26,522 bases of DNA from a virus (taxonomy: Duplodnaviria > Caudoviricetes): positions 1-26,522 of IMG/VR virus record IMGVR_UViG_3300020045_008443; one strand, given 5' to 3'. Below the pieces are notes generated by a model. That model ran no database searches and was not told the DNA's origin. It worked only from the letters and a program-made list of their open reading frames with translations. This document shows, piece by piece, positions 10,128 through 16,750 of this stretch; the first letter of the stretch is position 1; every line of letters starts with the position of its first letter. A program made the translations under genes and the position numbers.

Positions 10128-11812
10128 TAACCGAGTTTAAAAATCAGTTTTCGAATACGGCCACAATGTTTGATGTGGCCTATACCACTAAAAATCATGG
10201 TGAGTATGAAGAGTACGCCCAGGGGTATAACTATGCGAACGCTTCGGTAAATCTCATACCCGTTAAAAAATACTCAGCGGAGCGCACCATTGCGGGCGTA
10301 ACCAGATACAAAGGGTCTTTCGAGATTTATTTCTTGAAAAAGTTTGTCGAATCTGATAACGCGGACGATACCAAGGACGCGATCATTGACGAAATGATAC
10401 TCCTATCTGAGGCCTTCTATGCTCAATTGGATCAAAACCAATACTTGTTATTTAACCAAGGATTCTTTAAGTGGGAGGCTGAAATAATCAGACAATACAC
10501 GGCCAATTTACTTTGTGGTGTAAAAGTTACGGTCGTTTTCGATACAGCTTGCAATAGATTGGACGGCTCAGAGCCTACCCCTTCTTTGCCTATCACGATT
10601 AGAAATAGCGATGGTAGCTACTCGATTACTTTTGAGAGCAGAGACAGCCCTTATATTATACCGGATATCCGATATCAAGTAGGCGCAAACCCCGTTGTTC
10701 AAATACCTTTTACAAGTTCGATTATTTTCATCCCTGACGAATGCCTTACCTTAACCGAGCTTTGGAACGCGTCAACCCAAGAGGAAAAAATAGCTCTTTA
10801 TATTGCGTTGGACGATGAAGATTTAGTGGCTCTTTACTTAGCGTTAACGACCGAACAGAGATTAGTAATGCAGGAAGGGCTTAGTTATGCCCAATTATTC
10901 GCTTTGTACGATGGTTTAAGTGATGTTGATAGGATAGTATTATTTACTATGCTTTCGGATCAAAACCAAATAGACATTTACACTGGCATAAGTGATGCGG
11001 AGAGAATAGTTTTGCAAAGCGGCCTTAGTTCTGCTCAATTATTAACCCTCTACGATGCTATTACTAATGCCCAGAGACTAACACTCCTAAACGGGATATC
11101 CACAACCAAGAAGGAGCAGTTACTTTTCTACACTTACGACTATACCAAGCTGTTCAGCGGTCAAACAACCAGCTATCAAACTGGGGATGACAAGCACCAA
11201 TGGGATAATATTTATGCACCCGAAATAGCCACTTGGCCGACCGATAGGGTTTGGGTGTTTGCTACCCTAGACCCTACAAATTTCACTAAATTAAAAAGAG
11301 GCGCAACGGCCAGCGGCTTTAATATCTTCGGGAATTTAGAAAGAATTACAGACGATGTGGGCGGACAGACCTACGCTAATGGTGTTTTGATAGACCACTA
11401 TTTAGGTATTATGCAGGACATTACCTTTAAAGCTGCCAGCAACTGGACAACAGCCATAAGCAATGCCGTTGCAAGCACTATTTTTAGTAAGACAGATTGG
11501 AGGGTTGGTAATTACAATTTCTGGGCACTATTTACAAAAAGGGGGCAAAACGGGGGGTATATGGCTGGATTCCCTTCTATTACTTTTCTTAACGTGCCTG
11601 CCAATACTGGCGATAGATTTTTATGGACTTCCAGTACTTCTGATTTTTCGGTAGATGGTAGAGCATCTATCTATCTTACTAGAAGGTCGTTGGTTACCGA
11701 TTTTAGGAATGAATTTACATCAAGCGTAAAAACTTCAGCTACTCCACAAGCTCTTAATATGCGAAAGTGTTTCACTTATAATTCTGGAACCGGTTTAATG
11801 GTATTAACATGA
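10124..11812 (+). CDS. Multidomain tail / receptor-binding protein with 12-aa helical repeats and C-terminal DUF1566 (Lcl_C)-like domain
   Basis: 562 aa. SGQTTSYQTGDD, NIFGN..R.TD..GGQTYANG, IDH..G.M, NW..AI, DWR and WTSST are DUF1566-type motifs. Confidence 0.65.
   Translation: MITEFKNQFSNTATMFDVAYTTKNHGEYEEYAQGYNYANASVNLIPVKKYSAERTIAGVTRYKGSFEIYFLKKFVESDNADDTKDAIIDEMILLSEAFYAQLDQNQYLLFNQGFFKWEAEIIRQYTANLLCGVKVTVVFDTACNRLDGSEPTPSLPITIRNSDGSYSITFESRDSPYIIPDIRYQVGANPVVQIPFTSSIIFIPDECLTLTELWNASTQEEKIALYIALDDEDLVALYLALTTEQRLVMQEGLSYAQLFALYDGLSDVDRIVLFTMLSDQNQIDIYTGISDAERIVLQSGLSSAQLLTLYDAITNAQRLTLLNGISTTKKEQLLFYTYDYTKLFSGQTTSYQTGDDKHQWDNIYAPEIATWPTDRVWVFATLDPTNFTKLKRGATASGFNIFGNLERITDDVGGQTYANGVLIDHYLGIMQDITFKAASNWTTAISNAVASTIFSKTDWRVGNYNFWALFTKRGQNGGYMAGFPSITFLNVPANTGDRFLWTSSTSDFSVDGRASIYLTRRSLVTDFRNEFTSSVKTSATPQALNMRKCFTYNSGTGLMVLT
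10769..11128 (+). repeat. Ten tandem 12-aa protein repeats (36-nt period, degenerate at DNA level)
   Basis: ASTQEEKIALYI/ALDDEDLVALYL/ALTTEQRLVMQE/GLSYAQLFALYD/GLSDVDRIVLFT/MLSDQNQIDIYT/GISDAERIVLQS/GLSSAQLLTLYD/AITNAQRLTLLN/GISTTKKEQLLF. Confidence 0.85.
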
Positions 11813-12066
11813 TAATAGAATCACAATACATGAACGACCCGCACGGGGTTGAATTAACGGAAGTTTTCGAAATAGAATTCGAGGTGATAAGAGCTGAAGA
11901 GCCTTTTGTTTCGGTGAACTTCTTTAATTGTGATTATGCCTTTCAGAGGTTGAGTTTTTATCCTGAAAACAACCGAACATTTTCAGGCTTCACGGATTTT
12001 GAAGGAAAGACCGATGCCGAAATATTGGAGATTTTATTTACTTTAGTACCTGAACTTAAAAAATGA
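11809..12066 (+). CDS. Hypothetical acidic protein (possible fibre chaperone)
   Basis: 85 aa, ATGA overlaps on both sides. Confidence 0.6.
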   Translation: MIIESQYMNDPHGVELTEVFEIEFEVIRAEEPFVSVNFFNCDYAFQRLSFYPENNRTFSGFTDFEGKTDAEILEILFTLVPELKK

Positions 12067-12269
12067 GAGTAGTGGTCTTCATAAAACACCATGTAGCGGA
12101 GTGGTTCGCGATAAGCAACCTCACTTTGGGGCTTGTTATGACTGATTGGGCGTTGATATTCCAAATGCTATTGGTAGCAGTTGGCGCGATAGGGGGTATC
12201 ATTTCAGCCTGGATAAAATTGGATAATTGGCTTTACGAACGTAGAAAGAGAAGAAATGAAAAGAATTAG
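12063..12269 (+). CDS. Putative holin
   Basis: 68 aa with hydrophobic segments and a basic C-terminus (RRKRRNEKN), immediately upstream of the endolysin. Confidence 0.6.
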   Translation: MRVVVFIKHHVAEWFAISNLTLGLVMTDWALIFQMLLVAVGAIGGIISAWIKLDNWLYERRKRRNEKN

Positions 12270-12717
12270 CAAATATTGCTCTTATTCAGAAGCAACGAAA
12301 AGCGATACGGCAATTAGACTCGGTATAAATAACGAGCCTAATTTCGAGCATCTTCAGAATATGCAGAACGTGGCCAGCAAAATATTTGATGTGGTTCGCG
12401 AAGAGATAGGAGAACCTTTGAAAGTATCTTCATTCTTTAGGAGTGATGCCCTAAACAAAGTGATTGGCGGGGCTTCTGGTAGCCAGCATACGATTGGGGA
12501 GGCTATCGACATAGACTCTGAAAATGATCAGTACAACGCGGAAATATTCCACTTTATAAAAGACAATTTGACTTTCGACCAATTGATTTGGGAATTTGGA
12601 GACGAAGAAAACCCCTCTTGGGTTCACGTCAGTTTGAAACGGATAGGCACTAATCGCGGCCAAGTTTTGAAGGCGGTTAAAGAAGGAAAGAAGACAGTTT
12701 ATATAAATTTTAAATGA
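12256..12717 (+). CDS. Endolysin, peptidase M15 family (Peptidase_M15_3-like)
   Basis: SSFFRS..LN..IGGA..SQH..GEAID, DQLIWEFG, WVHVS zinc-peptidase motifs. Confidence 0.9.
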   Translation: MKRISKYCSYSEATKSDTAIRLGINNEPNFEHLQNMQNVASKIFDVVREEIGEPLKVSSFFRSDALNKVIGGASGSQHTIGEAIDIDSENDQYNAEIFHFIKDNLTFDQLIWEFGDEENPSWVHVSLKRIGTNRGQVLKAVKEGKKTVYINFK

Positions 12718-12971
12718 AAAAACCTTTTAAAAATACGAAAGTAGGCAAGGCCTTGACTTTTGTTGCCAAAGTAGCGGACAACGCGGTTTTGGCAGGAGCC
12801 GTTACAAACGTGCTCGAAGAAACTAAAATGGGCGATAAAGTGGTGCCTAAGGGCTCGATGGACTTCGGTAAGCTTCTCGGTTCACTTGTCCCCATTTTAT
12901 TGATTGTTGCCCTTCTTTTAGGGAAAATTGATTTGGAAACCCTTAAAGAATTGCTATCTTTAACACCTTGA
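12714..12971 (+). CDS. Small membrane protein (second holin / lysis accessory)
   Basis: 85 aa, KKPFKNTKVGK N-terminus, C-terminal hydrophobic helix, ATGA-coupled to the endolysin. Confidence 0.55.
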   Translation: MKKPFKNTKVGKALTFVAKVADNAVLAGAVTNVLEETKMGDKVVPKGSMDFGKLLGSLVPILLIVALLLGKIDLETLKELLSLTP

Positions 12972-12995
12972 AGGGTTTTTGTTCGGGTTGGTTTA

Positions 12996-13031
12996 GAGGC
13001 CTCTCCGTTTTACGGGGAGGTTTTTGTTTTT
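12996..13031 (+). terminator. Intrinsic terminator ending the late operon
   Basis: GCCTCTCCGT-TTT-ACGGGGAGGT hairpin followed by TTTTGTTTTT. Confidence 0.85.
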
Positions 13032-13053
13032 AAACAAAATGGCTTTATATTGG
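13024..13053 (+). promoter_or_regulatory. Candidate Bacteroidota sigma70 promoter
   Basis: TTG (13024-26), 19-nt spacer, TATATTGG (13046-53; one mismatch to TAnnTTTG). Confidence 0.45.
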
Positions 13054-13112
13054 AGTTCTGAAAAGTCTTTCAAATCTAAAACCCTAACACTATGAAAAAG
13101 TAACTATTCAAG

Positions 13113-13139
13113 AAAAAGCTCTCTAGGAGGGCTTTTTTT
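13113..13139 (+). terminator. Intrinsic terminator, potentially bidirectional
   Basis: AAAAAGCTCTC-TAG-GAGGGCTTTTTTT. Confidence 0.75.
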
Positions 13140-13150
13140 ACGCCTTCTCG

Positions 13151-13322
13151 GTAAACAGAAACAATGGAAACAATATATAATTAGAATGTAATTTAAATAT
13201 TATAGTAGAAAATGGGTACATATAACGCGTAATAGCCTTTATAGAAACATAGTTTACATTGTTTCTGTTCCAATAAAAACAGCTTTAATACATTGAAAAG
13301 CAGGCACTTACGCGTAAACAAT
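13151..13322. repeat. Inverted repeat plus short AAACA iterons around an AT-rich core; candidate replication origin
   Basis: Perfect 13-bp inverted repeat AACAGAAACAATG 13154-13166 / CATTGTTTCTGTT 13257-13269. Extra GTAAACA copies at 13151 and 13314. Confidence 0.6.
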
Positions 13323-13412
13323 ACTTTTTGACTAAAAATATTATACTTTTTTATCGAAAATATTTTTTAGTCTGAAACTTTTTGACTTCATTTGTATATA
13401 ATTTTTTCAGAT

Positions 13413-13823
13413 ATGCAGACCATCAACATCAAAAAGTTAATTTTAGACAAAGGCCTCGACCAAACCGAGGTAGCTAAACAACTTTTTCCAAAAAATAAAT
13501 TTCCTCAGCTTGCTTTGACCCGTGTTATCCACGGGGATGCGGTACTCGATGCCAACCAGATAAGCAAACTGGCTTTACTCGCCAAAGTTGAAATCGCGGA
13601 ATTGTTCACAGGTACGGGCTGGACGTCTTCAAGCAAGCACGGGATACACTCTTTCAAAAATGAAGAGTACACGGCTGAACTTGACACCGAAACTTGGATA
13701 GTTCGTGTTTTCCACAGAGAAACACTTTTCCACACTTCTATTCTGTTTAACAGTTCGGCACCTTTGAGCCTCTTCTTTTCAGAGATTGAAAAAATAATCA
13801 ACAACTATAAAACAAGGCCATGA
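13413..13823 (+). CDS. Putative HTH transcriptional regulator
   Basis: ATG 13413 preferred over TTG 13392. N-terminal KGLDQTEVAKQLF...LTRVI.G....QISKLA pattern is XRE/Cro-like. Confidence 0.6.
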   Translation: MQTINIKKLILDKGLDQTEVAKQLFPKNKFPQLALTRVIHGDAVLDANQISKLALLAKVEIAELFTGTGWTSSSKHGIHSFKNEEYTAELDTETWIVRVFHRETLFHTSILFNSSAPLSLFFSEIEKIINNYKTRP

Positions 13824-14047
13824 GTGATAACGATTACCAAGACTTAGAAGACCACATCATTTCTATCAAAGCTTTAGAAAAAGAATTAGAAGCTCACAGG
13901 AAAAAAGTTTCAACCATTCTAAGAAAATCTAACTGCGAATACGCTTTACAGGGGCTCAAATTAATTCGCATAGACACTGAAGGCGCGAACATTGATGTTA
14001 AAGCCGCTATCCTTCATATAGAAAACCAACTGAAAAATTTAGAATAA
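13820..14047 (+). CDS. Hypothetical protein
   Basis: 75 aa, ATGA-coupled. Confidence 0.6.
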   Translation: MSDNDYQDLEDHIISIKALEKELEAHRKKVSTILRKSNCEYALQGLKLIRIDTEGANIDVKAAILHIENQLKNLE

Positions 14048-14485
14048 ATGTATACAATTATGAACAAAGTAAAAATCAAGGTCTCCGTTGATATCGAAGA
14101 CCCCAAGCAAGTCCACGCCCTTTTGTTGCTGTTTACAGCGATGGGTTGTCCAGAAGAGGTGCCAGTAAAAGGGGAATCCCCTAAGAAGAAAGCTGTAAAG
14201 GCCGAGGCTCCAAAAATCGAAGCGGCTGAAAGTCCAGAACAAGCCAAAAACCTAGGCCAAGGCTTAAACCCTGCCAATCCCGAACCAGAAGAAAAAACCT
14301 CGAGCATTACGGTTGATATGGTTAGAAAGGCCTTGGCAGAGAAAACCCCTCAAGGCGGTGCTAATTCTGACGCGAACCGCCAAGCTGCCAAGAGCAAGCT
14401 TACTGAGCTGGGCGCGCCTAATGTGTCAACCCTAGACCCTTCAAAGTACGGGGAAATGTACAACTTCCTAAACTCTCTAAAATAA
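14048..14485 (+). CDS. Conserved phage protein preceding the DUF2800 nuclease
   Basis: Low-complexity linker and C-terminal ITVDMVRKAL...L..LGA..VSTLDPSKY, typical at this module position. Start may be 14060. Confidence 0.7.
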   Translation: MYTIMNKVKIKVSVDIEDPKQVHALLLLFTAMGCPEEVPVKGESPKKKAVKAEAPKIEAAESPEQAKNLGQGLNPANPEPEEKTSSITVDMVRKALAEKTPQGGANSDANRQAAKSKLTELGAPNVSTLDPSKYGEMYNFLNSLK

Positions 14486-15678
14486 TGGCTGAGGTTAAAC
14501 ACTCAGCCAGAAAACACGCGTTGCTCTCGGCTTCGGGAGCTTCGCGGTGGTTAAACTGTACGCCCTCTGCCAGACTCGAAGAGAAGTTCGAAGAGTCGAC
14601 AAGGTCGGTGTATGCAGAAGAGGGGACACTAGCCCACGAATTCGCGGATCTGAATTTGAGATTTTGGACTGAGGCAATCAGTTACAAAACCTTTGAGACA
14701 GAAATCAAGAAGCTCAAAAAAAGTCCGCTTTACGCACCCGATATGGAGGAGGAAGTCCAAAAATATTGGATGTACGTGAGGGAGGCTTTCGGAGTAGCTA
14801 GACAAAAAACCCCTGACGCGGTTCTCTTAATCGAAGAGCGTTTGGATTTCTCGCACTTGGTCGAGTACGGCTTTGGCACGGGGGACGCTGTAATTATCGC
14901 GGACGGGGTTTTAGAGGTTATCGACCTGAAGTATGGCAAAGGCGTAAAAGTGGAGGCAGAAGAAAACTCACAACTGAAGCTTTATGGGATTGGTGCTCTT
15001 CGTGCCTTTGATTTAGCTTACGATATTCATACGGTCAAAATGACGATTGTACAACCTAGGCTAGACCACATTTCCAGTTGGCTAATACCAGCTAACGAGT
15101 TGGTTAATTGGGGTGAAGAGGTTGTGAAACCTAAAGCAGCCATTGCTTACAAGGGTGAAGGCCAACAAACCGTTGGCGATTGGTGCAAGTTCTGTAAAGT
15201 AAAAGCAATGTGTTCGGCCTTGGCCAAACAAAATACTGACCTTGCAAAGCTCGATTTCGAGGAGCCCAGACTTTTGACAGACGAACAGCTCTTGGGCGTC
15301 TACGCCCAAATCCCGATGCTGTTAACCTGGGCCAAAGCAGTAGACGAACATCTATTGGCCGAAGCTGTTAAAGGTAAGAAGTGGGAAGGTCTTAAGGTTG
15401 TAGAAGGTAAATCGAATCGTAAGTGGTTAGACGAAGAGGCGGTCGATAGAACTTTACTTCGTGAGGGCTTTGCGAGAACCGATTACACCAATACTAAATT
15501 GAAGGGGTTAACCGATATCGAGAAACTTGTCGGTAAAACTCAATTCCAACCACTTTTGGGTTCTCTTATCGTAAAACCAACGGGCGCGCCTACCTTAGTG
15601 CCTGAATCCGATAAACGCCCAGCAATGGGATTAGAGCAGGCCAAGCTTGATTTTAGTAGCGCAATAGAGGAAGATTGA
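14485..15678 (+). CDS. DUF2800 Cas4-like PD-(D/E)XK exonuclease
   Basis: HALLSASGASRWLNC, EGTLAHE, FGTGDA, IDLKYGKG, QLKLY, CKFC....C (4-Cys cluster), KVVEGKSNR. Confidence 0.9.
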   Translation: MAEVKHSARKHALLSASGASRWLNCTPSARLEEKFEESTRSVYAEEGTLAHEFADLNLRFWTEAISYKTFETEIKKLKKSPLYAPDMEEEVQKYWMYVREAFGVARQKTPDAVLLIEERLDFSHLVEYGFGTGDAVIIADGVLEVIDLKYGKGVKVEAEENSQLKLYGIGALRAFDLAYDIHTVKMTIVQPRLDHISSWLIPANELVNWGEEVVKPKAAIAYKGEGQQTVGDWCKFCKVKAMCSALAKQNTDLAKLDFEEPRLLTDEQLLGVYAQIPMLLTWAKAVDEHLLAEAVKGKKWEGLKVVEGKSNRKWLDEEAVDRTLLREGFARTDYTNTKLKGLTDIEKLVGKTQFQPLLGSLIVKPTGAPTLVPESDKRPAMGLEQAKLDFSSAIEED

Positions 15679-15728
15679 AAATAATTTTCACTTTTTATTG
15701 AAAAATAGTTTTAAATTTATTAACTTCA
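15678..15728 (+). promoter_or_regulatory. Candidate promoter with palindromic operator
   Basis: TTTTCA-N8-TGAAAA overlapping TTG 15698-15700, 20-nt spacer, TAACTTCA. Matches the 26196-26232 element at 31/37 positions. Confidence 0.55.
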
Positions 15729-15753
15729 CATAAGAAATCAAATTTTAATTAAT

Positions 15754-16284
15754 ATGTCAGAGACAAAAGTAGTAACGGGCAAAGTTAGATTCAGCTACGC
15801 CCACGTGTTTGAGCCGAAAGCGATCGAGGAGGGGCAAACCCCGAAGTATAGCGTTTCGCTTATCATTCCGAAAAAGGATAAGGCAACTCTTGCCAAAATT
15901 AACGAGGCCATTGCAGCGGCTTTGGAAGAGGGCAAAACCAAAAAGTTTGGCGGTAAACTTCCAGCCGTTTGGAAAAATCCATTGAGAGACGGGGATGCAG
16001 AACGTCCAGACGATGAGAACTATGCAGGTGCTTTTTTCATTAATGCCAACTCGACCAATAAGCCTGGTCTTGTTGATGCGAACACTAACGCGATCATCAA
16101 CAAAGAGGATTTTTATTCAGGTTGTTACGGTAGAGCCTCGGTGAACTTCTACGCTTTCAACACAAGCGGCAACAAGGGCGTTGCTTGCGGTCTTAACAAC
16201 CTTCAAAAGTTGGAAGACGGTGAGCGTTTAGGCGGCGGAGCTTCCACAGCCGAAGAAGATTTCGGTTCGGACGATTTGAGTTAA
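15754..16284 (+). CDS. DUF2815 single-stranded DNA-binding protein
   Basis: VRFSYAHVFEP, KYSVSLIIPK, PLRDGD, YSGCYGRA, GLNNLQK..DGERLGG, acidic tail. Confidence 0.92.
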   Translation: MSETKVVTGKVRFSYAHVFEPKAIEEGQTPKYSVSLIIPKKDKATLAKINEAIAAALEEGKTKKFGGKLPAVWKNPLRDGDAERPDDENYAGAFFINANSTNKPGLVDANTNAIINKEDFYSGCYGRASVNFYAFNTSGNKGVACGLNNLQKLEDGERLGGGASTAEEDFGSDDLS

Positions 16285-16294
16285 AAAAAATGGT

Positions 16295-16368
16295 AAGAGG
16301 AGCCGCGTACTATACGCGCAGCCTTATGGGGTGAGGGACCCAGGCGGTTCGAATCCGCCCTCCTCTTC
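16295..16368 (+). tRNA. Aberrant tRNA-Pro(GGG)-like RNA
   Basis: Acceptor AAGAGGAG/CTCCTCTT; D stem GCGT/GCGC; anticodon loop ATGGGGT; T arm GGCGG-TTCGAAT-CCGCC. Lacks U8, the D-loop GG and Pro acceptor identity; no CCA. Confidence 0.65.
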
Positions 16369-16376
16369 AAAAATTG

Positions 16377-16442
16377 GTTTTTCGTGGGTTCTGATAGCGT
16401 GTCGGATAATGCAGAAGTAGTGTTTTGCGCCCACGTAAAAAC
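16377..16442 (+). ncRNA. Structured hairpin RNA 1 (unknown family)
   Basis: GTTTTT-CGTGGGT pairs with GCCCACG-(T)-AAAAAC; inner TTCTG/CAGAA stem. Confidence 0.55.
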
Positions 16443-16452
16443 GAATTTAAAA

Positions 16453-16550
16453 GACGTGATTAGCTCAATGGGATAGAGCACCGATTTCGGTCGGGATTGG
16501 TTGGTACCAACAACCAAAAGGATACAGGTTCGAGGCCTGTATCACGTCCA
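16453..16550 (+). ncRNA. tRNA-like RNA (Arg-type D arm) with shortened anticodon arm and long extra arm
   Basis: 8-bp acceptor GACGTGAT/ATCACGTC; D arm GCTC-AATGGGATA-GAGC; CCGAT-TTCG-GTCGG; extra arm TTGGTTG-GTACCAA-CAACCAA; T arm ACAGG-TTCGAGG-CCTGT. Confidence 0.75.
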
Positions 16551-16557
16551 AAATAAA

Positions 16558-16652
16558 TGCGACAGGGTCAAAATTACGGGCTCAAAAGGTGGTCGACACA
16601 CGTTGAGACTTGCGCCTATAAAACCGTAAGGATTGCGCTTGACCCTGTTGTA
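16558..16652 (+). ncRNA. Structured rod-like RNA 2 (unknown family)
   Basis: 14-bp closing stem TGCGACAGGGTCAA/TTGACCCTGTTGTA (two G-U pairs); nested TTACGG/CCGTAA and CTCAA/TTGAG stems. Confidence 0.65.
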
Positions 16653-16659
16653 TATTATC

Positions 16660-16735
16660 GGGGAGTAGCGTTAAAACTAATCTGGGGAATAATTTTACGG
16701 GCGGTTCTTCGAGGGTTCGACTCCCTCACTCTCCA
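16660..16735 (+). ncRNA. tRNA-Ala / tmRNA tRNA-like-domain mimic
   Basis: Acceptor GGGGAGT/ACTCTCC-A with G3.U70 and A73; T arm GAGGG-TTCGACT-CCCTC; no canonical D stem or anticodon arm. Confidence 0.7.
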
Positions 16736-16750
16736 CAAAACCACACTTAC

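Noticed and set aside
14485-15678. Cas4-like gene as part of a CRISPR system
   Set aside because: No repeat-spacer array or other cas genes; DUF2800 is a standard member of this replication module.
16711-16737. tmRNA/tRNA 3' fragment as attP site
   Set aside because: The complementary 5' acceptor strand is present and no integrase is adjacent; not excluded, but less parsimonious.
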